In this document: piece by piece, positions 18,402 to 27,309 of the stretch
Numbering within the stretch: the stretch's first letter is position 1
Layout of the letters: each line of letters starts with the position of its first letter
NCBI GenBank assembly: GCA_046293555.1
Contig: JBKBOT010000018.1
Span: 1 to 30,304, forward strand
Length of the DNA: 30,304 nucleotides
Reading direction: 5' to 3'
Origin: Pyrobaculum sp.
Lineage (GTDB): Archaea > Thermoproteota > Thermoprotei > Thermoproteales > Thermoproteaceae
The notes under the pieces: generated by a model
What the model was told of the DNA's origin: nothing
Database searches by the model: none
What the model saw: the letters and a program-made list of their open reading frames with translations, nothing else
Translations under genes and position numbers: made by a program

Positions 18402-18946
18402 TTACCTCCAACTGGCACAAGATTAGAGAGATATCTCAAATTCTTGCCCCATTTGGAATTAGCGTCGAGATGCTTGACGCAGAAAAACTTGAGGTGCAAA
18501 ATGACGACGTGGCGTATATAGCCAAAAAAGCTGTGGAGCACCTATGTCCGCATCACGACCGTGTGGTTGTGGAAGACACAGGCCTCTATATAGAGGCGTT
18601 GGGCGGATTTCCGGGGCCCTATGCCGAATATGTCTATAGGACCCTAGGGCTTGGGGGGGTGCTCAAACTTCTTTCTGGAGTAGACAACCGCAAGGCTAGG
18701 TTTAAATGCGCCGCCGCGATGTGTATAGGCGGGAGGGTCGAGGTGTTTGTAGGTGAGGTAAGTGGAGAGATTTCACACACGCCGAGGGGAGCCGGCGGCT
18801 TTGGGTACGACCCCGTATTTATTCCAGAGGGCTATTCTAAAACCTACGCAGAGCTTGGCGACGAGATAAAAAACCAAATTTCCCATAGAGCTAAAGCCTT
18901 TCGGGCGTTGGCAAGCTGGCTACAGTCTAGATCCAGAGACTTCTAG
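18398..18946 (+). CDS. rdgB: Non-canonical purine NTP pyrophosphatase (RdgB/HAM1); start codon uncertain
   Basis: EDTGL, GFPGPY, GFGYDPVF and SHRAKA motifs. Conserved N-terminus (VR)IVTSNWHKIRE lies in frame upstream of the first ATG (18470). The start given here is the ATA at 18398 and is tentative. Confidence 0.88.
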   Translation: MVTSNWHKIREISQILAPFGISVEMLDAEKLEVQNDDVAYIAKKAVEHLCPHHDRVVVEDTGLYIEALGGFPGPYAEYVYRTLGLGGVLKLLSGVDNRKARFKCAAAMCIGGRVEVFVGEVSGEISHTPRGAGGFGYDPVFIPEGYSKTYAELGDEIKNQISHRAKAFRALASWLQSRSRDF

Positions 18947-18981
18947 ACATGTGGAATTTAAATATGGGCTTTATTTAAAAT

Positions 18982-19824
18982 GTGGATCTGTTTGACAGGC
19001 CTGTTATAGAGTTTGCCACAAAGAACGTAGTGACTCTAAGCGAGAAGGATAGAGTCATCACAGCCATGAAGACAATGGTTAGTCTTGACATCAGGAGGTT
19101 ACCCATAGTGCGGGGAGAGAAGCTCGTGGGTATTGTCACCATGTTGGACCTGCTGGACGCCATCTACTCCTGGGTTAGCAACAAAGAGGTGGAGGGGTCG
19201 CTATATAGCGACATATACATGCGGAGTGTCATTGAGGTGGGGACAAGAAGCGTGATCTCAGCAAGGCCCGACACCCCCATTGGGGAGGTCATATCTCTTT
19301 TTCTAAGACATAACTTCGGCTCTATGCCCATTATAGACGAGACTGGCAGACTTGTGGGGATTTTCACAGAGTGGGACGTCTTAAAGGTGGCCTCGATGCT
19401 CGATTTTCCACATAGGGTACGTGACGTGATGACTAGAATCGTGTATGTCCTAACGCCCTACTCGACCGTTATCGACGTCCTTGAGGGAATTACGATATAT
19501 AAATTCAGGCGGTACCCAATTGTAGACGAGACTGGGAAAGTCGTCGCCATGTTACACGCAAAAGATGTGTTACGGTACTTTGCCGAAGACGAGACTATCG
19601 AGAAGATAAGGGCGGGGGCGGTAGAAGAGGTGATGAACAACAACGCAATTAATGTAGCTAAATCTCCCATATTTCTCATAAGGCCTAACGACCCGGTGAT
19701 AGACGTCATTAGAAAGATGCTTGAATACGACGTGGGCGGCGTACCTGTAGTCAGTGAGGAGGGCCCTACAGTTATCGGCATGGTTACAGAAAAGACGCTT
19801 ATGCTCCTGTTTGAAGGCGCCTAG
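18982..19824 (+). CDS. CBS-domain protein (four CBS repeats)
   Basis: RRLPIV..LVGIVT..D, SMPII..LVGIFTEWD, RRYPIV, GGVPVV..GMVTEK; TTTAAATA at 18957-18964. Confidence 0.92.
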   Translation: MDLFDRPVIEFATKNVVTLSEKDRVITAMKTMVSLDIRRLPIVRGEKLVGIVTMLDLLDAIYSWVSNKEVEGSLYSDIYMRSVIEVGTRSVISARPDTPIGEVISLFLRHNFGSMPIIDETGRLVGIFTEWDVLKVASMLDFPHRVRDVMTRIVYVLTPYSTVIDVLEGITIYKFRRYPIVDETGKVVAMLHAKDVLRYFAEDETIEKIRAGAVEEVMNNNAINVAKSPIFLIRPNDPVIDVIRKMLEYDVGGVPVVSEEGPTVIGMVTEKTLMLLFEGA

Positions 19825-20833
19825 TCCTTTTCAAAAATATAGACATGGCTATAAACACGAGGGCCATTGTGGCAAAAGACGTCCCCACCAGTATGGAGAG
19901 AAATATATTAGAAGACAGAACTGTGGCAGATATGGCCGTGCTACATTCCACGCCTAGGGCATCTGCCATATATATCTCCACCATGTTGCTCCCTGCTACT
20001 GGCTCCAACCGCGCTCCCTTGTGGTCCCTACAGGCCACGTTTACCTTGGGGTCTTTAATTACCACAATTTTAAAACTTGAGCCAACTGGACACTGGACGT
20101 AAAACTGAGGCCTGTCGGGCCACTGGCCCAGTCTACAGTCTTGACGTGTATAATATACGCCAAATGCGGCATATGAGCCGTTAAAAAGCCAGCTTAACTG
20201 CGAGAGGTTTCCCACCGTCTGCCTTGTGTCGTTCAGTCTGATCTCATCCCCTTCTATAACTGCCGTGTAGTTACCCGTAGGGCCACGTATCAACACCTTT
20301 AACACTGGGGGTATAGTCGCTTTACACTCTACGCCTATGGCCTCTACTTGGTATAACACTAGCGTCTTGTTTTTTTTGTCTTCTATCACTGGCTCTAACT
20401 GTTTGTTATTATGATCTCTACAAATCACGCTTGTTCTGGGGTCTTTAATTGCCACAATTTTAAAACTTACGCTAACAGGACATCGGATATAGAATCCATG
20501 CTTGTCAGACCGCTCATCGGTTTTACAATTTTGGCCCGTATGATATATGCCAAATGCGGCATATGAGCCGTTGAAAAGCCAGGTCCAATTTAAAATGTTT
20601 TCCACTGTCTGGTCAAATATAACATTGTCTTTCAGTATGGTTATTCTGTCTTCCTTCAGAATTGCCGTGTAGTTACCCGTAGGGCCGTGTATCAACACTT
20701 TTTTTTCTGTCTTGACGGGAGCGCTGGGGGTATCTGGGGGGCTGGTTAAGTGATTTGTGGGACTTGTGGCGTTTGTGGAACTGTTTAGCAGAACTGCGAT
20801 AACTAACACGGCCAGGACTGCTATAACCCTCAC
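19799..20833 (-). CDS. Secreted, C-terminally membrane-anchored protein with a duplicated Cys-containing domain
   Basis: Signal peptide MRVIAVLAVLVIAVLL, S/T/P linker, two homologous ~125-aa units, C-terminal TM followed by KRTRR. Confidence 0.85.
   Translation of the reverse strand: MRVIAVLAVLVIAVLLNSSTNATSPTNHLTSPPDTPSAPVKTEKKVLIHGPTGNYTAILKEDRITILKDNVIFDQTVENILNWTWLFNGSYAAFGIYHTGQNCKTDERSDKHGFYIRCPVSVSFKIVAIKDPRTSVICRDHNNKQLEPVIEDKKNKTLVLYQVEAIGVECKATIPPVLKVLIRGPTGNYTAVIEGDEIRLNDTRQTVGNLSQLSWLFNGSYAAFGVYYTRQDCRLGQWPDRPQFYVQCPVGSSFKIVVIKDPKVNVACRDHKGARLEPVAGSNMVEIYMADALGVECSTAISATVLSSNIFLSILVGTSFATMALVFIAMSIFLKRTRRLQTGA
19940..20702 (-). repeat. Intragenic tandem duplication, about 380-400 bp period
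   Basis: Near-identical DNA blocks: GGGTCTTTAATT(A/G)CCACAATTTTAAAACTT at ~20048 and ~20438; GCCAAATGCGGCATATGAGCCGTT at ~20159 and ~20549; TGCCGTGTAGTTACCCGTAGGGCC at ~20261 and ~20663. Confidence 0.92.
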
Positions 20834-20875
20834 GTGGGGGTTAGAAGTTTTAATTTAATAAAGGTTCTGTTTTGC

Positions 20876-23659
20876 GTGGTTTTTCACTTCTTACATCCAC
20901 ATGTCGTGGAGGCGTTGAGAGAGAGGAATATTTCTGAGCCCACAGAGCCCCAGAAGGCCGCAATTCCGGAGATCTTGGCGGGCCGCAACGTCTTGATCAT
21001 AGCGCCGACGGGTAGCGGCAAGACGGAGGCAGCCATACTGCCGATACTGTCTATGATGTTAAGCAGCGGGGTGGAGAAGCCCGGCGTCTATGTGCTATAT
21101 ATAACCCCCCTACGTGCCCTCAATAGAGACTTGTTAGAACGGATTAGGTGGTGGGGGGAGAGAGTTGGGTTTAAGGTAGATGTGAGACATGGCGATACCG
21201 ACAAGGCAGATAGACAGAGGCAGAGCAGATCTCCGCCCCACATCTTGATCACCACTCCCGAGATGTTACAAGCCATTATGACTGGCAGGAGGCTTTTGGA
21301 GTACCTCAAAGAGGTGAGGTGGGTTGTGGTAGATGAGGTACATGAACTTGCTGAAGACAAGAGGGGGGTACAACTGAGCTTAGCGCTAGAGAGATTGCGA
21401 TATCACATAGGCCGCGAGTTTCAGCTAGTTGGACTCTCCGCTACTGTGGGAAGCCCCGTGGCGGTTGCGAAGTTTCTAGTGGGTAACGGGAGGCCGTTTA
21501 AAATCGTCTCTACCAATTTCGCCAGACAGATGGCGCTAGACGTGGCTAGACCCATGCCGACAGAAGAAGACCGCAAGCTCGCCGAGGAGTCTGGCCTCTT
21601 TCCAGAGGTTGTGGCGAGATTGAGGCTAATTAGGAGACTTGTGGAGGAGAACAGGAGTACGCTTATATTTGTCAACACTAGAAGTATGGCAGAGCTCTTG
21701 GGGTTCCGCATGTCGCACCTCTTTAACAGCTTGCCTATAGCTGTACACCACTCCTCTCTATCTAAAATGGCGCGGGTGTCTGTAGAAGAGCGACTTAGAA
21801 GGGGGGAGCTCAAGGCTGTGATTGCCACTTCCAGCCTGGAGCTGGGGATAGACATAGGCCACGTGGACTTGGTTATACAGTACATATCTCCCCACCAGGC
21901 CACTAGGCTTTTGCAGAGAGTGGGTAGAAGCGGCCACCGTCTTTCACAGACGCCGAGAGGTGTCATAATAGGCGAGGATGTCAACGACGTTATGGAGTCT
22001 GTGGTCATAATGCGTCGGGCCAGGTCGGGGCTTGTAGAGCCCACGCAGATCCCCAAAAAGCCATATGACGTCTTGGTTAACCAAGTGGTGGCATTTCTCA
22101 TCCTTAAGCCTCGGTGGAGTTTAAAAGAGCTCCATGAGGTGATCGCAAAGACCTATTCCTACGGGGACCTATCTATAGAGGAGCTGAGGAGGGTGGTGAA
22201 GTTCATGCAGGATCTCTACCCACGGCTGGCGCTATATTTTGAAGATAGTGACACCGTGGCTAGGCCCAGGGGGCGGGGGTTCTATCGGTATTTTTACAAC
22301 ACTCTCTCCATGATACCAGACGAGAAACAATACGCGGTGATAAACGAGAGTACTGGAGAGCTTGTGGGGACACTTGACGAGTCCTTTGTGGCTGAATATG
22401 GCAACGTGGGGGTCAAGTTTATACTTAGGGGGAGGCCCTGGATCATAACCGCAGTGGGGGAAAGAGAGATAAGAGTCCGCGAGGTGCAGGACCCCACGGG
22501 CGCGGTGCCGAGTTGGATCGGCGAGGAGATCCCGGTGCCTTTCGAGGTGGCGCAGGAGGTGGCCGCATTGAGGCGGGCGGCCCATGGCGGCGAGTATGAC
22601 AAGATCGCCCGAGAGTGGGGCATATCGCCAGAGGCCGCCAGGTTTATAGTAGAGGAGATCTCTAGACACAGAGGCCCGCTGCCAGACGACAGGACTGTCG
22701 TCGTAGAGCAGTTTAAAGAAAACATAGTTATCATCCACGGCGCCTTTGGGACGTTGGTAAATAGGACGTTAGGCAAACTACTGGGCGAGTTGTTAATCAA
22801 GAAGCTAGAGAGGCCTGTGGGCGTCCATCAGGACCCCTACGGCGTGATTATCCAGACGTCAGAAGGCCTGCCGGCCTCTATGGTATGCCAGGAGGTGAAA
22901 AGGCTGGCAGATCTAGACGTCGGCGAGGTGGCTGAGTTGATAAGGTCGGCGTTGGTGAAATCCGGGTCGTTTAAACGTAGGATTCTACATGTGGCTAAAA
23001 GGATGGGCGCGGTGGACAAGAGGGCAGACGTATATAGTGTCAGCATGTCGAAACTTGTGGAGGCCTTTAGCGGCACCCCCGTCTTTGACGAAGCTCTTAG
23101 AGAGACGCTAGAGAGGGACCTAGATGTGGACCACCTGGGCGAAATCTTACGACGGGTGAAAAACGGGGAAATTCGTCTAGTCTGTACAGAAGGCCCCACA
23201 TATCTCGGCGAGGTGCTCTACGAGAAGTTATCTCACAGGCTGGAGATAATACCCCCAGAGCGGCTGAAGAGACTGGTCTTAGATAGCACAAAGGCCAGAC
23301 TTCTAAACCACGTGATGGTTTTGGTATGTCTAGACTGTATGTGGCACACGGCGGCGCGGGTGGGGGAAGTTGCCGAATTGAGGTGTGACAAATGTGGCGG
23401 CAGAAATTTGGGCATCGTAAGGGCCGTAAAGACTGACAACACGGAGAGAGAGGTGAGACGTAACCTAGATGAGGTCAGGAAGACCGCGGAGATACTTAAA
23501 AGACACGGCTGGGTTGGGCTCTACGCTCTGGCCTCTAGACTGCCGATTGACGCCATATTGGAGATACTTGAAAGACATAGAGACTTGAATACGCTGACTG
23601 AAGCCCTTCAGGAAGGGGAGAAGGAATATCTAAAACAGAGGCTACTCTCGGGCGCCTAG
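20876..23659 (+). CDS. lhr: Lhr-family SF2 ATP-dependent helicase with a C-terminal Cys4 motif
   Basis: APTGSGKT, TPLRAL, TTPE, DEVH, LSAT, SSLELGIDIG, QRVGRSGH, PSWIGE; CLDC...CDKC near the C-terminus. Start set at GTG 20876. Confidence 0.93.
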   Translation: MVFHFLHPHVVEALRERNISEPTEPQKAAIPEILAGRNVLIIAPTGSGKTEAAILPILSMMLSSGVEKPGVYVLYITPLRALNRDLLERIRWWGERVGFKVDVRHGDTDKADRQRQSRSPPHILITTPEMLQAIMTGRRLLEYLKEVRWVVVDEVHELAEDKRGVQLSLALERLRYHIGREFQLVGLSATVGSPVAVAKFLVGNGRPFKIVSTNFARQMALDVARPMPTEEDRKLAEESGLFPEVVARLRLIRRLVEENRSTLIFVNTRSMAELLGFRMSHLFNSLPIAVHHSSLSKMARVSVEERLRRGELKAVIATSSLELGIDIGHVDLVIQYISPHQATRLLQRVGRSGHRLSQTPRGVIIGEDVNDVMESVVIMRRARSGLVEPTQIPKKPYDVLVNQVVAFLILKPRWSLKELHEVIAKTYSYGDLSIEELRRVVKFMQDLYPRLALYFEDSDTVARPRGRGFYRYFYNTLSMIPDEKQYAVINESTGELVGTLDESFVAEYGNVGVKFILRGRPWIITAVGEREIRVREVQDPTGAVPSWIGEEIPVPFEVAQEVAALRRAAHGGEYDKIAREWGISPEAARFIVEEISRHRGPLPDDRTVVVEQFKENIVIIHGAFGTLVNRTLGKLLGELLIKKLERPVGVHQDPYGVIIQTSEGLPASMVCQEVKRLADLDVGEVAELIRSALVKSGSFKRRILHVAKRMGAVDKRADVYSVSMSKLVEAFSGTPVFDEALRETLERDLDVDHLGEILRRVKNGEIRLVCTEGPTYLGEVLYEKLSHRLEIIPPERLKRLVLDSTKARLLNHVMVLVCLDCMWHTAARVGEVAELRCDKCGGRNLGIVRAVKTDNTEREVRRNLDEVRKTAEILKRHGWVGLYALASRLPIDAILEILERHRDLNTLTEALQEGEKEYLKQRLLSGA

Positions 23660-24601
23660 AGACGTCAGGTAGAAGTGGAGCAGGTCTATACGTCCAAATT
23701 GCGCCAAATCTCTTGCCACCAGCTCTCTGGCCTTTTCCCTATCTACTGGAGTTATTTCGCCATGTCTATATATGGAGAGTGGGGGCACATCTCTCTCCAC
23801 CACGCCGTAGAGATGTGAGAGGGGGCCTATATACCTCCCGCCATATATCAAGGTGCCTATAGCCGTCTTTACAAACTCGCCGACGATGGGGCCTAACTTC
23901 CTGTATTTCTTACTGCTATAGGAGGTCTTTATTGGGCCTAGGGTATTCTTTAGGTTCGACACGTTGGTCCCCGCCCCCATGTTTACAAAAGACGCCACGT
24001 AGGAATCTCCCACATAGCCGCCATGTTGTTTCCTGGTATAGGCGTCAAAAATGGAGTTTTTAACCTCATCGCGGACTTTTGAGTTGTGGTAAAGAACTGA
24101 CCCCTGGCGTAGGTAGGTAAATGGAAGTACTTCAGACGTAGGCCCTATCACCGCAGGCCCCTCGACGTATGTATATTCATATATCTTCCCCCTGTTGTAA
24201 ACATCTCCATAGACGTGGCCCCTCACATCGCCTCTCGTGGGCTCTATACCTAGCTGTTTTATCCTATCTAGCGCCCACCTCATGACCTCGGTATTTATTT
24301 CTACCATGTCTGCAATAGTGGAGATAGGGTTTGTACAGTGGCGGGATTTGAGCAGATAAGGCACACATCCGGCCTCTACAGTATAGACGTCAGGCGGCAA
24401 CATGTCCACCTTTCTCACTTCAAACCTACAGCCTTCTAACACAAGCGGGAGGTCGACGGCCTCTTCTACATATATCACCACTTTTCCACGTTCACAAAAG
24501 GCCAACGCCGCGAGTTCCACAAGCCTAAATCCCCCCACAATTAGGTAGGGGGTTGGCGTGGCGAGACGCGGGCCTATAGACCCCCTAACTGCGATCTCCA
24601 C
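23642..24601 (-). CDS. GlmU-like protein with a left-handed beta-helix acyltransferase domain and a reduced nucleotidyltransferase-like N-terminus
   Basis: VEGPAVIGP, EVKNSI, KQHGGYVGDSYV..VNMGAGT..SNLKN, KLGPIVGEFVKTAIGT. Confidence 0.78.
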   Translation of the reverse strand: MEIAVRGSIGPRLATPTPYLIVGGFRLVELAALAFCERGKVVIYVEEAVDLPLVLEGCRFEVRKVDMLPPDVYTVEAGCVPYLLKSRHCTNPISTIADMVEINTEVMRWALDRIKQLGIEPTRGDVRGHVYGDVYNRGKIYEYTYVEGPAVIGPTSEVLPFTYLRQGSVLYHNSKVRDEVKNSIFDAYTRKQHGGYVGDSYVASFVNMGAGTNVSNLKNTLGPIKTSYSSKKYRKLGPIVGEFVKTAIGTLIYGGRYIGPLSHLYGVVERDVPPLSIYRHGEITPVDREKARELVARDLAQFGRIDLLHFYLTSLGARE

Positions 24602-24638
24602 AAGTTTTATTAAGTACTATAAATATTGGGGCGGGGCA

Positions 24639-25361
24639 ATGATCGAAAAAATTGTGGGGAGGCTCGTCGGGGTGGAGGACGCGCCCAAGTGGGTAGAAAA
24701 GGAGGTGTTTAGAAAGGTGGAAGAGGGGCTAGACTTAGAAGGGGCGGTGAACTTCTTGGCACCCTGGCTGTATAGAATATACAGGGCCAACGTGGCTAAG
24801 TACAGGCCTGGACGGTCGAGTATAAGAAAGGCATCGTCCTTCCTCACGGCCGAGCTCATCGAGGGGCTGGGGTACCGCGTGGGGTTTATACATCTCTTTG
24901 GCGAAGTCATGCCGGCTGCCGTCAGGGGGGGACACGTCTATACGCCAGTGTTACCCATTTTTGACGCCAGACGGAAGTCGTTATATCTAGCCTCTAAGGC
25001 CAGAGACGCCATGAGAAATGTCATCCAGCTGACCGCCACCAGAGAGGCAGAGGGTGTGTTGGCAGAAGTGATAAAGCTAGACAGACCCCCGTACTATTAT
25101 CTAACCACGTCGGCAAATCTAAAGAGGCTCATAGAGGAGAGTACCCCCATCTCCACCACACGCGATAAGAAATACGAGGCGTTGTATCACCACTGGCGTC
25201 ACTTCCGGCAGAAGGGATACCTTGTGTTAGTTGGGAGAGAGGTGGGGGGCGTGAAGGTAGACCTACTTGCGGTAGGTGTGGGGAGATACGCGGTGGTGAG
25301 AGACGGCGGCAGAAAGATTGCCAGACTTAGAAAAGTCGTAGATGCGTATTACCTTGTCTGA
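24639..25361 (+). CDS. Hypothetical protein, possibly a degenerate restriction-endonuclease-like fold
   Basis: ATG 24639 follows an AT-rich TATA region; C-terminal HFRQKGYLV...REVGGVKVDLLAV. Confidence 0.65.
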   Translation: MIEKIVGRLVGVEDAPKWVEKEVFRKVEEGLDLEGAVNFLAPWLYRIYRANVAKYRPGRSSIRKASSFLTAELIEGLGYRVGFIHLFGEVMPAAVRGGHVYTPVLPIFDARRKSLYLASKARDAMRNVIQLTATREAEGVLAEVIKLDRPPYYYLTTSANLKRLIEESTPISTTRDKKYEALYHHWRHFRQKGYLVLVGREVGGVKVDLLAVGVGRYAVVRDGGRKIARLRKVVDAYYLV

Positions 25362-25627
25362 ACTTTCCTCCTCTCTAGTATTTTCGCCATTTCTTTTTCC
25401 ATAAGCGATATGTGGAAATTTAACTCCTCGATGGCAAGCCTGCTGGCGGCTTCTTTGCCATATTTGATAACTTGTGCCGCGTCTTTTATCTTGCCTCTAC
25501 GTATCATCTCTTGTGCCGTATAGACTATACATTCTACAAGCTTCTCTTTAAACTCCAGGGCCTTGTGGCTATTTCCCCCCCTCTCGGCCAGCGCGGCCAG
25601 TTTTTCCCACTTGGCGCAAGGAGGCAT
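25349..25627 (-). CDS. Hypothetical small helical protein
   Basis: 92-aa ORF; TTTTAAGT on minus about 27 nt upstream. Confidence 0.65.
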   Translation of the reverse strand: MPPCAKWEKLAALAERGGNSHKALEFKEKLVECIVYTAQEMIRRGKIKDAAQVIKYGKEAASRLAIEELNFHISLMEKEMAKILERRKVQTR

Positions 25628-25657
25628 GGGGGCATGCTAACCCCATACTTAAAAACT

Positions 25658-26140
25658 TTATTCAAATCTAGACAGGAGGGCCTTTAGCCTAACTAACTTG
25701 GTGTATTCCTCCTCCATGCCCAACCTCTCTGCGGCCCTCAGGGCTTTTACCACCTTTTTGCCAAAACGCCGTGCGACTTCGGGATTTCTCGGCACCACGC
25801 CAGCCCTCACTTTTGCCACATAGTCTTCCACCTCCTTGATGACGTCTAAAACCTCCCCCACGGCCATCTCCACGTCGTCAACTCTAGACTTCTGTATGTT
25901 GACGGTCAGAACGATCGGCTCTACGGCCCTCTCTTTAGGCCTCTCTATGTTGTACTTCCCTAGAAGATACCCAGCGATTAGGTATCTCACAAGTTCTGAA
26001 ACCCCGTCGAGACCCTCCCGTTTTGTCAACTCTTCAAGCACCTTTTTTACCTTTTTGTGGACGCGTACAGACACCACGGCCCCGTCTCTGTCTGGAGCTC
26101 TGAACAAATCGCTGTAGGTGAGGTCAAATTCTTTAATCAT
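25658..26140 (-). CDS. Ribbon-helix-helix (CopG-like) DNA-binding protein with a C-terminal helical extension
   Basis: VVSVRVHKKVKKVLEELTKREGLDGVSELVRYLI fits the RHH pattern. ATG 26140 preferred because TATATAAA lies on minus at about 26166-26159. Confidence 0.75.
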   Translation of the reverse strand: MIKEFDLTYSDLFRAPDRDGAVVSVRVHKKVKKVLEELTKREGLDGVSELVRYLIAGYLLGKYNIERPKERAVEPIVLTVNIQKSRVDDVEMAVGEVLDVIKEVEDYVAKVRAGVVPRNPEVARRFGKKVVKALRAAERLGMEEEYTKLVRLKALLSRFE

Positions 26141-26250
26141 GTCTACACCACGGCGTAGTTTATATACCACAACAGCTATTTTCAATCATATAACCACCCC
26201 CAGTGTCTAATAGTCTTATAAAAGATAAAAGAGGGGGCCTTCTAGCCCCC

Positions 26251-27309
26251 GTGTTGGCTTTGGCAATTTTGCCGCCTGTCGGGCTGGCGTTGGCGGGACT
26301 TGTGAGAGAATATCTCTTCTGGAGGAGAAAAGAGCCAGAAACACGGCAGGGATGTAGAAAGATCTCTGTCGTGATCCCCATGAGGGGGGTCTACCCGTGG
26401 ACTGAAGACAACCTGAGGGCTACCACAAGACAGAAGATAGACATAGAGGTAGAGTACCTATTTGTGGTAGACTCTCTAGACGATCCAGCTGGCGACATAG
26501 CCCGCAGATTTGGCAGAGTTATTCTCAACGAGGGTGTTGGCAAAGGCGCCGCGTTAGCCACGGCGTTAAAAAACGTTGGGGGAGACTGTATCGTCTTTTC
26601 AGACGACGACATCAAGCCCAACGAGATGTGGCTCTACTTACTCACATCCCCCCTCTCTACATACGACGCGGTTACTACATACAGGTGGTATCTAGGCAGG
26701 GGGCTGTGCCACAAGGTTAGGCTCGCGATAAGTAACACCGGCTTCCCAGCCATGTTAGACGAGAGGTCTAGATTCGTGTGGGGGGGATCCACCGCCTTCA
26801 GGAAGGAACTCGTGGAGAAGACAGAACTCGCCGCCAGGTTGGCTAGCTACATAAGTGACGACTATGCGGTATACTCCACGTTGAAGGAGGTAGGCGGGTC
26901 GATATATTTCGCCCGGGGCGCCATAGCGCCTACGCCAGACCCACAGTGCCGCATCTCAGAAGCCCTAAGGTGGGGCATACGCCAAATCCTGATGGTCAAG
27001 TGGCACGCCCCAGCTGGCTGGTACGCCGGGCTGGCTATATACACGCTGGGCTTCCTCATCTCTATGGTGTTTCCACTCATGGCAGTTTTTACCACGTGGG
27101 AGCTACTGCTTGGCCTCCTCCTACACCCCATAAACCTTGTGAAAGACCTCATACGCGCCCGTGGGGTGAGACGCCACGCCGGCATACCCATAGGCCTCAG
27201 AGAAGTGGTCGCCACATGGGCCGTGGGGCTTTTCGCCATCCCGCTGGCCATCTGGCTTTCTATATTTGTCAAATGTGTTGACTGGAGGGGACGGAAGATA
27301 TGCCGGTAG
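26251..27309 (+). CDS. Membrane glycosyltransferase, GT2 / GT21 (ceramide glucosyltransferase/HpnI)-like
   Basis: N-terminal TM, ISVVIPMRG, FSDDD, VWGGSTAFR, SDDY, RWGIRQ, C-terminal TMs and VDWRGR. Start set at GTG 26251 after TTATAAAA at ~26217. Confidence 0.85.
   Translation: MLALAILPPVGLALAGLVREYLFWRRKEPETRQGCRKISVVIPMRGVYPWTEDNLRATTRQKIDIEVEYLFVVDSLDDPAGDIARRFGRVILNEGVGKGAALATALKNVGGDCIVFSDDDIKPNEMWLYLLTSPLSTYDAVTTYRWYLGRGLCHKVRLAISNTGFPAMLDERSRFVWGGSTAFRKELVEKTELAARLASYISDDYAVYSTLKEVGGSIYFARGAIAPTPDPQCRISEALRWGIRQILMVKWHAPAGWYAGLAIYTLGFLISMVFPLMAVFTTWELLLGLLLHPINLVKDLIRARGVRRHAGIPIGLREVVATWAVGLFAIPLAIWLSIFVKCVDWRGRKICR

Noticed and set aside
19940-20702. Repeated 25-35 bp blocks as a CRISPR array or DGR template/variable repeat pair
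   Set aside because: Only two copies about 390 bp apart, both in frame in one gene; differences are not adenine-specific, and no cas or reverse transcriptase gene is in the window.
20876-23659. Lhr helicase as the core of a defence island
   Set aside because: Lhr is a widespread archaeal housekeeping helicase, and no methylase, toxin-antitoxin pair or integrase is adjacent.
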